A stretch of 64,000 nucleotides of DNA from Phycisphaerae bacterium (GTDB lineage: Bacteria > Planctomycetota > Phycisphaerae > UBA1845 > Fen-1342). The position numbers and the translations under genes are program-made. The stretch lies in assembly GCA_050115495.1 (NCBI GenBank), contig JASFQK010000034.1:1-64000 (forward strand). Reading direction: 5' to 3'. Every line of letters starts with the position of its first letter. Position 1 is the stretch's first letter. Under the pieces are notes generated by a model. That model saw only the letters and a program-made list of their open reading frames with translations. It searched no databases and was not told where the DNA came from. Of the stretch, positions 38,850 to 47,143 are shown in pieces.

Positions 38850-39134
38850 GTGATGATCGTGTCATTCAGAGCCGACAACCAACTCACGCGAGAACTTGGC
38901 GGCCTAGCCAGGGACCTCGGCTTCTCTAGGGCGCACCTCTGCCGCGCGATTCTGCGCGGCGTGCTGCGCGACAAGGAGGGGATCCAGAAGTGGATGGACA
39001 TCGTTCTCGGGCCGCGATTCGCGTTCTGCGTGGTGCCGGACAGCTGCCTGAAGCGCGAGCCTGCCGTTCCCGAGGCCGCGAACGACGGCGACGCGCAATC
39101 GCCACAGACGCCTCACCGGAGCCACGAACGATGA
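38850..39134 (+). CDS. Ribbon-helix-helix (CopG-like) protein
   Basis: AGGAGG RBS; IVSFRAD..L...L..LARDLGFSRAHLCRAIL. Confidence 0.55.
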   Translation: MMIVSFRADNQLTRELGGLARDLGFSRAHLCRAILRGVLRDKEGIQKWMDIVLGPRFAFCVVPDSCLKREPAVPEAANDGDAQSPQTPHRSHER

Positions 39135-39457
39135 CAGACGAGCTTACGCACTGCCGGCGCTGCGGTCGGCCAGCTCGTGGTGGAGTCGGCTCGCCTCAGG
39201 CGCGCATGTTGCGACGGGCTAGGAAAGGCGTGTGCCTGGAGTGCGGAGTCGTCGAGTTCCTGCAGAGGCTCGACAACATGCACGGCGGACACTTGTTCGG
39301 GGCCGGCCCGGAAGCGCTGCGCCTTCCGCACATCCAGCAGCAGTTCGCGTCCGTGATGCGCGCCGGGCTGTCAGACGCCAACCCGGACGACGTCGACTGG
39401 GAACGCGTGATTGCCCTGTGGAACGTCGCGCCGCCGGCAGACCGGATGCTGTTCTGA
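39131..39457 (+). CDS. Hypothetical Zn-finger phage protein
   Basis: CRRC...CLEC; translational coupling with the upstream ORF. Confidence 0.5.
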   Translation: MTDELTHCRRCGRPARGGVGSPQARMLRRARKGVCLECGVVEFLQRLDNMHGGHLFGAGPEALRLPHIQQQFASVMRAGLSDANPDDVDWERVIALWNVAPPADRMLF

Positions 39458-39480
39458 TCGATCGAACAGGAGGTAATGCA

Positions 39481-39930
39481 GTGGCTTGTACAGACGACTC
39501 GACAAAGAATGATGACTTGTGGCGATCCATGAGTGCCACGGTACGAGCGGCGGAGCTGGCGTTCTGCGCGGCCGTTGTACTCGACAAGCTCGACTTGCCA
39601 ACCGACTACGAGATTGGATCGCTTAGAAACTACGAAATTCTCGAAAGAGCGATGGACTTGGCCCGTAAGGCTGTTGAGACGGCCATGCACTCAGAGCGCG
39701 TTGCGCTGCCCGAGAAGTCGGCGCCGCCGCCCCAGCCGGCCGGTGACCTGGCGAGTGAAGTGGCCAATCTTAGAGCCGAAAACGAACGCCTGCGCCGCGG
39801 GCTGGAGGTGCACCTGCACACGCAGGAGTGCCTGGAGTACGCAGCCAATACCGCACGCCGGTGCGGGTCTTACTACTGCCTCGCCAAGTGCGCCGACTCT
39901 CGGCGGGCAATCCTCGGGGAGACGTCATGA
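39481..39930 (+). CDS. Hypothetical phage protein
   Basis: AGGAGG RBS; coiled-coil segment EVANLRAENERLR. Confidence 0.45.
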   Translation: MACTDDSTKNDDLWRSMSATVRAAELAFCAAVVLDKLDLPTDYEIGSLRNYEILERAMDLARKAVETAMHSERVALPEKSAPPPQPAGDLASEVANLRAENERLRRGLEVHLHTQECLEYAANTARRCGSYYCLAKCADSRRAILGETS

Positions 39931-40124
39931 GCGACACGATCGCGGTTACGTCAGACATGCGCGGCCTGCTCGACGAGCTGCTCGACTGCGAAGACGGCCT
40001 GAGCGGCTGGGAGATGGACTTCCTGGGCAGCCTGGATGTGCAGTTCGACGCCCACGATCAGGTCTCGCGTAAGCAGCTCGACAAGCTGCACGAGATCGCA
40101 CGCAAGATGGGGCTGATCGACTGA
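39927..40124 (+). CDS. Small phage protein (LS.WE..F..S...S.KQ...L family)
   Basis: LSGWEMDFLGSL...SRKQLDKLHEI. Confidence 0.6.
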   Translation: MSDTIAVTSDMRGLLDELLDCEDGLSGWEMDFLGSLDVQFDAHDQVSRKQLDKLHEIARKMGLID

Positions 40125-40204
40125 TCGGGTCGCATGGGCGAACGTCGAGCAGGCCGAGGACCAGTGTGTTGGAGGCAGCGTTGCTGGTGTGAGACTGAGA
40201 CGAG

Positions 40205-40429
40205 GTGAGCATGGACGGGCTCGAGCTGGTTCCAACGGAAGAGCTGATCGCGGAGATCCTCCGACGTACCGACCAGGGCCTGGTGATCTGGATAGACCCG
40301 CATGATCGCGTGGAAATGCGATTCCATGGTCGCCACGTCTCCGCAATCGGACTGGCCGAATACGCGCGACGGCGGATTTACGAACAGCTCTTCCTGGCAC
40401 AACCACCGCCGCCGGAGATCGAAGACTAG
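40205..40429 (+). CDS. Hypothetical phage protein
   Basis: LELVPTEELIAEILRR motif, in operon. Confidence 0.5.
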   Translation: MSMDGLELVPTEELIAEILRRTDQGLVIWIDPHDRVEMRFHGRHVSAIGLAEYARRRIYEQLFLAQPPPPEIED

Positions 40430-40439
40430 AAGGTGTGTT

Positions 40440-41024
40440 ATGGATGTTGACGTCGTGCAGATAGCAACCATCAAACCCTACGAAAGCAACCCGCGGATCA
40501 ACGATGCGGCGGTGGACGCCGTTGCCGAGTCGATTCGGCGGTTCGGGTTCCGCCAGCCGATCGTCGTCGACGAGGCCGGCGTGATCGTTTGTGGGCATAC
40601 ACGGTGGAAGGCGGCGCTGAAGCTCGGGCTGACGGCGGTGCCCGTGCACGTCGCCCGCGACCTGACGCCGGAGCAGATCCGGGCGTACCGGATCGCGGAC
40701 AACAAAACTGCCGAGCTGGCCACGTGGAACCTCGACCTGCTGCCGATCGAGCTCGCCGAGCTCCAGGGGGCCGGTATCGACTGGTCGCTGCTGGGGTTCG
40801 ACGCCGACGAGCTGGCGAAGCTGCTCGGCGGCGACGTGAAGCCGGGCCTGACCGATCCCGACGAGATCCCCGAGCCGCCGGACGAACCGGTCACGCGGCC
40901 CGGCGACCTGTGGATTCTCGGCGAGCACCGGCTGCTGTGCGGCGACGCCACGCGAGCCGGAGACGTCGCCAGGCTCCTGGACGGTGCGTCGCCGCTGTTG
41001 ATGGTCACCGATCCGCCGTACGGC
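40440..41024 (+). CDS. ParB-N + N6A/N4C DNA methyltransferase, 5' exon
   Basis: IKPYESNPR, FGFRQPIVVD, GHTR, YRIADNK (ParB); GDLWILGEHRLLCGDAT, ends VTDPPYG. Confidence 0.9.
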
Positions 41025-43472
41025 GTGCGCCTGATGTATCGCGTTGCTGCGTAAGGAATTACGAGCATGCGAGAGACCTTGTTGGCAATGTTTGGAAGCA
41101 AACCGTGGCCGTTTGGCCGGCCATTGTACCTAGGGAGTAAGTTGGCCAGCACGTGTGAGCTGGCTGGCGACATAGCTCTCCCGACAACGTGGGACCCAGG
41201 TGAGGCTTCACAACCGATGCAGTCCTGCCAGGTAGAGCTTCCGCACGACTACGAAAGGAACCGACCAATACCTTCGGGAAAGTGGGCCCCCATTCCTGCG
41301 AATACTGGAGCCGCCCGGGAGTACCCCGCCCGGGCTAGGGAATGGCCCAAGCGGGCAAGCGCTATCGTTGTAGGCGCATGCCCTGGCGAATCGCTTCGGC
41401 GATTCCGAGGTCGGCGGAGTGGTCAACTATCCGCCGGTGCTTGGGGGAGCAGCGGAGAGCTGTTGGGTATCGAAAGGTCGGAGTCTACCCGGAAGCGTTT
41501 GAGTGCCAGCAAGGGAACCAGGGAAGCCCAGCCGAGTATGGCAGTCGCACAGATAGGCCGCCTTCGGGCGGCTGAATCTCTGCCGATGAGGCGGCTGGGT
41601 GGCGGAGCGTCCGTAGTAGTCCGAGGACGGGAAAACCGTCTACATGGCGAAGGGACGCAGGATGTTTCGTTCTGGACGGCCAAGGCGTTCGTCAATCGCG
41701 AGGGCTCGCGATGAACGTGGCGGAAGTCCAGAGAAGGCTGTGGGAGCAATCCGGCTCGCATCGGCAATTGCGTGCATCCGGGACACCGCTGTTCCCCACC
41801 AACCCGTATGACGGGCGCGTGCGGAACCTGATGGACCTGATGCACCACCCGCACTGGCTGCGGGATGCGGCCGACCGCGTGCTGAGGCGGTCCCACAACA
41901 AAGCGCCGGGCGTAGACGGCGTGACTGCACGCGAGTTCCGCAAGGGGCTCGACGGCAAGCTCGAATGTCTGCGCCTGGAATTGAAGCGTGGAACGTACCA
42001 ACCCCAACCCGTGCGGCGGGTGATGATCCCGAAGGCCAACGGCAAACTGCGGCCTCTGGGCATCCCCTGTCTACGGGACAAGATCGTCCAGGAAGCCATC
42101 CGCATGGCGCTGGAACCGATCTTCGAGGTGGAGTTCCACGATCATTCGTACGGGTTCCGGCCTCACCGAAGCACGCACCATGCCGTTTTCCGTTGTCAGC
42201 ACCTGATGAAGCACGGCTTCACCTGGGTGATTGAGGGAGATGTCAAGGCATGCTTCGATGAGATCTCGCACCGGTCCATCCTGCGGGCCGTGCGGGAGAA
42301 GGTCATGGACAACAAGTTCCTCGCGCTGATCCACCGGTTCCTCAAGGCTGGTGTGGAGGTCGAGGGCATTGTCCAGCCGACCGAGAAAGGCGTACCCCAG
42401 GGTGGCGTGATCTCACCGCTGCTGGCCAATGCGGTCCTGAACAAGCTGGACTGGTTCCTGCACAGTAAGGGCACGCACGAGCAGGCCATGATGCGGGCCG
42501 CCCGCAACCGGCGGCCGAATGTTCGGTTCGTGCGGTATGCGGACGACTGGTGCGTCTTCGTCACGCGGGCGTCGCGGCGCTATGCCGAAACGCTGCGCGA
42601 TGACATCCGCGAGTTCCTTCGACGCGAATGCGGCCTGGAACTCTCGGTGGAGAAGACACACGTCACGCACGTCCAGGATGGGTATGACTTCCTCGGCTTC
42701 CGCCTGAGCTATGAAATCGGCCAAGGCGGTAAGCGGGTGCCGAAGATCAAGGTTGGTCTGAAGGCCCTGGCGAACGTGAAACAGCGGCTGCATGACGCGC
42801 TGCGGAATCGCCCCCACCAGGAATCGGTGGCCCTGCGGTTGCAGCGTGGCTCGGCGGTCGTGCGCGGGTGGTCGGAATACTTCCGTATCGCCCACAACTT
42901 CACGGACCTTGCTGGAACGTTGGATCATCATGCGCTCTGGATCGCCCTAAAGGGTATCTGTCGCAAGTTCGACATCCCTACGGGCACGGCCATGAAGCGG
43001 TACTACCGTCGCGGCGGACTCCAGGTTGACGACCTCTGCCGCTTGGAGACGTTCAGCGGATTTTCGATGAAGCTGGACTATCGCGGACCAGAACCGTACA
43101 TGCCCGGCCAGGGCGACTATGAGACTGACGCCGAGATGGAAGCGGCGTTCGCGCAGTTCAATGAACGCCGGCGCCTGGGGAACCTGGACGCGAAATACCG
43201 CGCCTTACAGCGTGACGGCTATCGCTGTCGCGCTTGTGGGAAACGGGTTACGGACCGGAACTCCCAGGCGGACCACATCGTCCCCGTACATCGCTTTGCG
43301 AGCTTCGCCCTGGCGACCACCGATGAGAACCTCCAGACCTTGTGCCTGGATTGTCACCGGGAGAAGCACAGTGCGTAGCAGAGCCGAGAATCATCTGGAG
43401 AGCCGGATGCACGGAAACGTGCAAGTCCGGTTCGGGGTTGGGGTCGGGATGCAATCTCCCGGCCTACACCAC
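41025..43472 (+). mobile_element. Group II intron (IIA-like), 2448 nt
   Basis: 5' GTGCG; domain V GAGCCGGATGCACGGAAACGTGCAAGTCCGGTTC (43400-43433) with AGC triad; domain VI ending ...ACACCAC. Removal restores the frame DPPYG|VRVEPRSNNAIAAG. Confidence 0.93.
41711..43378 (+). CDS. ltrA: Intron-encoded reverse transcriptase/maturase with HNH endonuclease
   Basis: [70 protein letters not shown]-terminal [23 protein letters not shown]. Confidence 0.96.
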   Translation: MNVAEVQRRLWEQSGSHRQLRASGTPLFPTNPYDGRVRNLMDLMHHPHWLRDAADRVLRRSHNKAPGVDGVTAREFRKGLDGKLECLRLELKRGTYQPQPVRRVMIPKANGKLRPLGIPCLRDKIVQEAIRMALEPIFEVEFHDHSYGFRPHRSTHHAVFRCQHLMKHGFTWVIEGDVKACFDEISHRSILRAVREKVMDNKFLALIHRFLKAGVEVEGIVQPTEKGVPQGGVISPLLANAVLNKLDWFLHSKGTHEQAMMRAARNRRPNVRFVRYADDWCVFVTRASRRYAETLRDDIREFLRRECGLELSVEKTHVTHVQDGYDFLGFRLSYEIGQGGKRVPKIKVGLKALANVKQRLHDALRNRPHQESVALRLQRGSAVVRGWSEYFRIAHNFTDLAGTLDHHALWIALKGICRKFDIPTGTAMKRYYRRGGLQVDDLCRLETFSGFSMKLDYRGPEPYMPGQGDYETDAEMEAAFAQFNERRRLGNLDAKYRALQRDGYRCRACGKRVTDRNSQADHIVPVHRFASFALATTDENLQTLCLDCHREKHSA

Positions 43473-44201
43473 GTGCGTGTTGAGCCGCGCAGCAACAACG
43501 CGATCGCGGCGGGGCTGTCGTCGTTCCCGGCGGAGGAAGCGCAGGCCGGACGCCGGAAGCTGCGCCCCAGGGACCGCCCGCTCGAGAACGACTTCGTGTC
43601 GGACGAGGAGTTCGGGCGGCTGCTGCACGCCTGGTTCGGCAACATCGCCCGCGTGCTATTGCCCGGGCGGGCGGCGTACATCTGGGGTGGCTACGCCAAC
43701 ATCGCCAACTACCCACCGGTGCTGAAGGCCGCCGGGCTGTACTTCTCCCAGACGATCATCTGGGTGAAGGAGCACCCGGTCCTCACCCGCAAGGACTTCA
43801 TGGGCAACCACGAGTGGTGCTTCTACACGTGGCGCGAGGGTGCCGCCCACGTCTTCCTCGGGCCGAACAACGCCACCGACGTCTGGTCGGTCAAGAAGGT
43901 CAACCCGCAGAGCATGGTCCACCTGACCGAGAAGCCGGTCGAGCTGGCGGTGCGGGCGATGCAGTACTCGTCACGCCCGGGCGAGAACGTGCTGGACTTG
44001 TTCGGCGGCAGCGGCTCGACGCTGATCGCCGCCGAGCAGACGGGCCGGCGGGCGTTTCTGATGGAGCTCGACCCGCTGTACTGCGACGTGATCGTGCGGC
44101 GGTGGGAGCAGTTCACGGGGCAAAAGGCGGAGCTAGCCTCCGGTCCCGATCCATTTCGCGAGGAGGATGCTGATGACGATGAGGATAATCCCGACAACTA
44201 G
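43473..44201 (+). CDS. ParB-methyltransferase, 3' exon
   Basis: IIWVK, NHEWCFY, HLTEKPVEL, VLDLFGGSGSTLIAAE, MELDPLYCDVIVRRW. Confidence 0.92.
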   Translation: MRVEPRSNNAIAAGLSSFPAEEAQAGRRKLRPRDRPLENDFVSDEEFGRLLHAWFGNIARVLLPGRAAYIWGGYANIANYPPVLKAAGLYFSQTIIWVKEHPVLTRKDFMGNHEWCFYTWREGAAHVFLGPNNATDVWSVKKVNPQSMVHLTEKPVELAVRAMQYSSRPGENVLDLFGGSGSTLIAAEQTGRRAFLMELDPLYCDVIVRRWEQFTGQKAELASGPDPFREEDADDDEDNPDN

Positions 44202-44825
44202 ACCGAGCAGCAGGAACTGCCAGAGGAAGCGGTCTCCGAAAGGTGTCAGCTTCCGCGACTCCGTCCCCGTAATGATGGTGACATAATCAATGTCCCATCG
44301 CACTGCTGGATCAAGGTCGAATTCAATCAATTGAGAGGTACGCCGTTCAAGAGCGCGAGGTGGGATTGACCAGTGATAGATAGTGTGGCAATCGCTTATC
44401 AACGGGATACTTTCGAGAGGGAGTGGCGCTCTTTCCCGGTGGAAGTAATCGCTGTGGGGCGGCGAGTCATCTTTCAGGCCGAAGTACTCGATTCGCGTGT
44501 CATTCACCGAAATTCGAACACGGGCATCCCGCACCTTCGAGTGCAACCCAGCAAATGGGCGTCGAGCGGCGACTACGAGTCGACTGCGCGCGATTTTGGC
44601 AAGGTCTTCCGGTCGCACCCTCACCTCATAGTGCACAATGGTCGGTTCTGGGGCGTCGATGTGCGAACCGACTATCGCCGTCTCAGGGCCGACGAACCAA
44701 TTCGCATCGCATTCGCCTGGATTCTCCTGGGTAGCGACGCGGCCACGCACAATCGTCGCCTTGGAGCCGTAGACGGGATCAGCCGCCGACCACTGAACGT
44801 CTCGCAGGTAGAAGCGCGGGAGCAT
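44133..44825 (-). CDS. Low-GC moron, hypothetical protein with C-terminal TM helix
   Basis: GGAGG RBS; upstream TTGCTC-N18-TACAAT; C-terminal FLLLGLVVGIILIVISILLA. Confidence 0.65.
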   Translation of the reverse strand: MLPRFYLRDVQWSAADPVYGSKATIVRGRVATQENPGECDANWFVGPETAIVGSHIDAPEPTIVHYEVRVRPEDLAKIARSRLVVAARRPFAGLHSKVRDARVRISVNDTRIEYFGLKDDSPPHSDYFHRERAPLPLESIPLISDCHTIYHWSIPPRALERRTSQLIEFDLDPAVRWDIDYVTIITGTESRKLTPFGDRFLWQFLLLGLVVGIILIVISILLAKWIGTGG

Positions 44826-44912
44826 GGGCATCCCTCCTGCTGCATGCATATTGTAAGCCTTGGCGGTGCAACGGAGCAATCCTGCCCACGTCACACCGCC
44901 CCCTCGCAGGCA

Positions 44913-45386
44913 TTATCCGCAAAACGCGAACTGCCCGCGGCCGGTCTTCCTGAAGCGAGCCTTGTCGCTCTTGGCGCCGATCTCCCGCAGGATCGCGGCG
45001 TAGAGTGTGGATTCCGGCGTCTTGCCGTTGGGACTCGTCCACAGGCCGCGCTCGGCCATCGCCTCGATCAGCTCCTTGGCCCGCATGGGCTGGCCGGCGT
45101 CGGCCAGGACCTGGGCCGCGGCGTCCAGGGCGCCGACACGCCGAGGCCGCGGCTCGGCGGGCTGCTTCGGGCGGCGTTTCTGGGCTGGCTGAGTCTCGCC
45201 GCCGCCGGCGGTCTCAACCGGGCGCCACAATCGCCGGGCGCTCTTGATGCGGATGCGCTTGCCGGTGGCGGTGTTTGTGGCGTTCCAGCCGCCGTGGCTG
45301 TTGGTCGAGTCGATCCGCACCGTGACGATGCGGTTACTCACCTTGGCCTCGTACGTGTGCCCGATTTTGACCTCGTCCTTCGTCAT
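44913..45386 (-). CDS. Winged-helix (HARE-HTH-like) protein
   Basis: LDAAAQVL...M...ELI..M...GLW.SPNGKTPESTLYAAILREI......RF.K..RGQF. Confidence 0.75.
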   Translation of the reverse strand: MTKDEVKIGHTYEAKVSNRIVTVRIDSTNSHGGWNATNTATGKRIRIKSARRLWRPVETAGGGETQPAQKRRPKQPAEPRPRRVGALDAAAQVLADAGQPMRAKELIEAMAERGLWTSPNGKTPESTLYAAILREIGAKSDKARFRKTGRGQFAFCG

Positions 45387-45467
45387 GGCTGGTCCTTTCA
45401 CGTTGCCTCGTCAGGCCCGGGTCTCACGCGCCCGGGCGATCCCGACCGGGTCGGGATTTCGGCGGCG

Positions 45468-45683
45468 TCAGTTCTGCCCGTCGGCGTCAAGTACGCCGTC
45501 GAGCTGGTTCCGCAGGGCGATCGCCGTCTCGCGCGTGAGGATCATGGTGGTCTGGTTCGGTGCCGTACCGCGGGTGTAGGTCAGGTCCAGGCGGACCACT
45601 CGCTCGCCGGCCCGGTTGGTCCCGGCGTCGGCGTTCGTCTCGTCGTATACGGCCCCGTCGAATCTCGTGATGTCGTCGGTCAT
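45468..45683 (-). CDS. Hypothetical phage protein
   Basis: GGAGG RBS, in leftward cassette. Confidence 0.5.
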   Translation of the reverse strand: MTDDITRFDGAVYDETNADAGTNRAGERVVRLDLTYTRGTAPNQTTMILTRETAIALRNQLDGVLDADGQN

Positions 45684-45719
45684 GTCGGCCTCCCTCGTTC
45701 CGTCCCATGGGGGCCGGGC

Positions 45720-45908
45720 TTAGAACTCGAAACCCAGGTTCAGGCACCGCTCCAGGTCGCTCATCGTCATCCGGCCGGCTCGCAGAATCTGGGTGGCCCA
45801 GGCCGCCAGGCTCGGCGACTGGCAGCTTGCCGTCTCGCGCAGGAATCGCTTCAGGGCCGCATCCAGCCGGATCTCGTTCGTCTTCGCGTTGCGGTTCGTG
45901 GTCGTCAT
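45720..45908 (-). CDS. Hypothetical phage protein
   Basis: AAGGAG RBS, MTTTNRNAK start. Confidence 0.5.
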   Translation of the reverse strand: MTTTNRNAKTNEIRLDAALKRFLRETASCQSPSLAAWATQILRAGRMTMSDLERCLNLGFEF

Positions 45909-46142
45909 CGCGTGCTCCTTTGTGTTCCGCGTGCACACAGGACATGCCATGGGTTTGGCCGGAAATCCACTCGCAGCGTTAGAATCTGCATGAATTCTCG
46001 ATATCCTAGGGATCAGGTCCGAGTCGTCCCCGAGAGCGCTCTCGCCGGCGGACCGGCGGCTTCCGGGCCGCGGCGGGCGGCTGCGGGGCGACACGGCCGC
46101 CGTGTGGCGGTCTGGGGCGCGAGTGCGCGGGAGGTGGCGTAG

Positions 46143-46355
46143 ATGGACGGAGCGGAAGCGAGGCTGAACCCCGCGGCTCTGCCGCTGGCCGACGCCGCCC
46201 GGCTGCTGTCGGCGGCCGGCGGTCAGGCGGTCACGGTCGAGATGCTGGAGGCCGACGTGGCCGCCGGGGCCCCGACGAACGCGGACGGAACGCTGAATCT
46301 GATCCGCTACGCCGCGTGGCTGGTGAAGGAGATGGCCGGCGGAGGGCTATCGTGA
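46143..46355 (+). CDS. Putative terminase small subunit (Nu1-like HTH)
   Basis: GGAGG RBS; position upstream of the GpA terminase; GAP...DG..NL...AW resembles Nu1-type wHTH. Confidence 0.55.
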   Translation: MDGAEARLNPAALPLADAARLLSAAGGQAVTVEMLEADVAAGAPTNADGTLNLIRYAAWLVKEMAGGGLS

Positions 46356-47143
46356 TGCTCACGAAGCAAGAGCAGCGAGCGGTCAAAGACTTGGTGATTG
46401 CGGCATGTCACGCTGAGCCGGATTTGATTGGGGTGCCAGTGTGGTATGTCCCGAACTGTGACACCGTACACTCGTCAGTCAATGATCTCGCCAAGTGCTT
46501 ATACAAGCGCAGGATGCTTCCTTGGCCTGCTGCGCCGTCAATCTGTATATATAACCCTCAATACACAAACGCAGAATATATCGCGTGCGCACCAAGCACA
46601 GAGGACGATCTGTCCTTCGCCTTCTGGTCAATGGTATATGAACGAGGCAATCCGCGCGTCTTCTATCATCGACCGCATTCCTACGATGCCGACAAGGAAC
46701 TCACATCGATCGTCATTTTTGCTCTCGCCGCCATGTCCATGCCGTGCGGCTACATCGTGAAGCACCGCTCGTCTTGCGGTTTCGGAACCGGCGCTCTGCG
46801 CCGGGAGACGCGGGAGCGACCGATCTTCTCGATCGTGCCGTATGAGCGGCTGTATCGTGAAGTGAGATCGGCGGGCCTTGAGCCCCGTGAGGTTCATCCC
46901 CATCAGCGCCGTGGGCACATGCGGTACCTGTGGAAGGCAGCCGGCGTTGATCGTCACGCGCTACCTCGCACGGCGGCCGAGCGCCTTATGGTTGCGCTGG
47001 AACACAACGTACGAATGGTGCGCGTGCCGCCAACGTGGGTCGGCGAACGGGAGTGGAGCGACGGAGCGTTCACGCACGAGATTCAGATTGGCGAATTCCC
47101 GATGAACCCGTGCGTCACGAGGTTGTTCGCACATGCCGATTGA
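46355..47143 (+). CDS. Low-GC hypothetical protein with H.RRGH.R...V.P.WVG motif
   Basis: Open frame overlapping both neighbours; VHPHQRRGHMR...VRVPPTWVG. Confidence 0.65.
   Translation: MLTKQEQRAVKDLVIAACHAEPDLIGVPVWYVPNCDTVHSSVNDLAKCLYKRRMLPWPAAPSICIYNPQYTNAEYIACAPSTEDDLSFAFWSMVYERGNPRVFYHRPHSYDADKELTSIVIFALAAMSMPCGYIVKHRSSCGFGTGALRRETRERPIFSIVPYERLYREVRSAGLEPREVHPHQRRGHMRYLWKAAGVDRHALPRTAAERLMVALEHNVRMVRVPPTWVGEREWSDGAFTHEIQIGEFPMNPCVTRLFAHAD

Noticed and set aside
41413..41435. GGCGGA as EBS2 (complement of exon TCCGCC)
   Set aside because: It lies 3' of the EBS1 candidate and is paired in a local hairpin with TCCGCC, so the position does not fit.
41067..41714. 215-aa ORF upstream of the RT
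   Set aside because: It overlays intron RNA domains I-III and has no protein-like motifs.
41711..43378. RT as part of a DGR, retron or Abi system
   Set aside because: It has maturase and HNH domains and is enclosed by GTGCG and domains V/VI of a group II intron; no TR/VR pair or msr-msd was seen.
43119..43472. N-terminal part of the 360-aa ORF as a real MTase start
   Set aside because: This part lies within the intron; methyltransferase-like sequence begins at 43473.
41024..43477. CGTGCG direct repeat at both intron ends as a target-site duplication
   Set aside because: Group II introns make no TSD; the 3' exon (Val-Arg) simply begins with the same bases as the intron 5' consensus.
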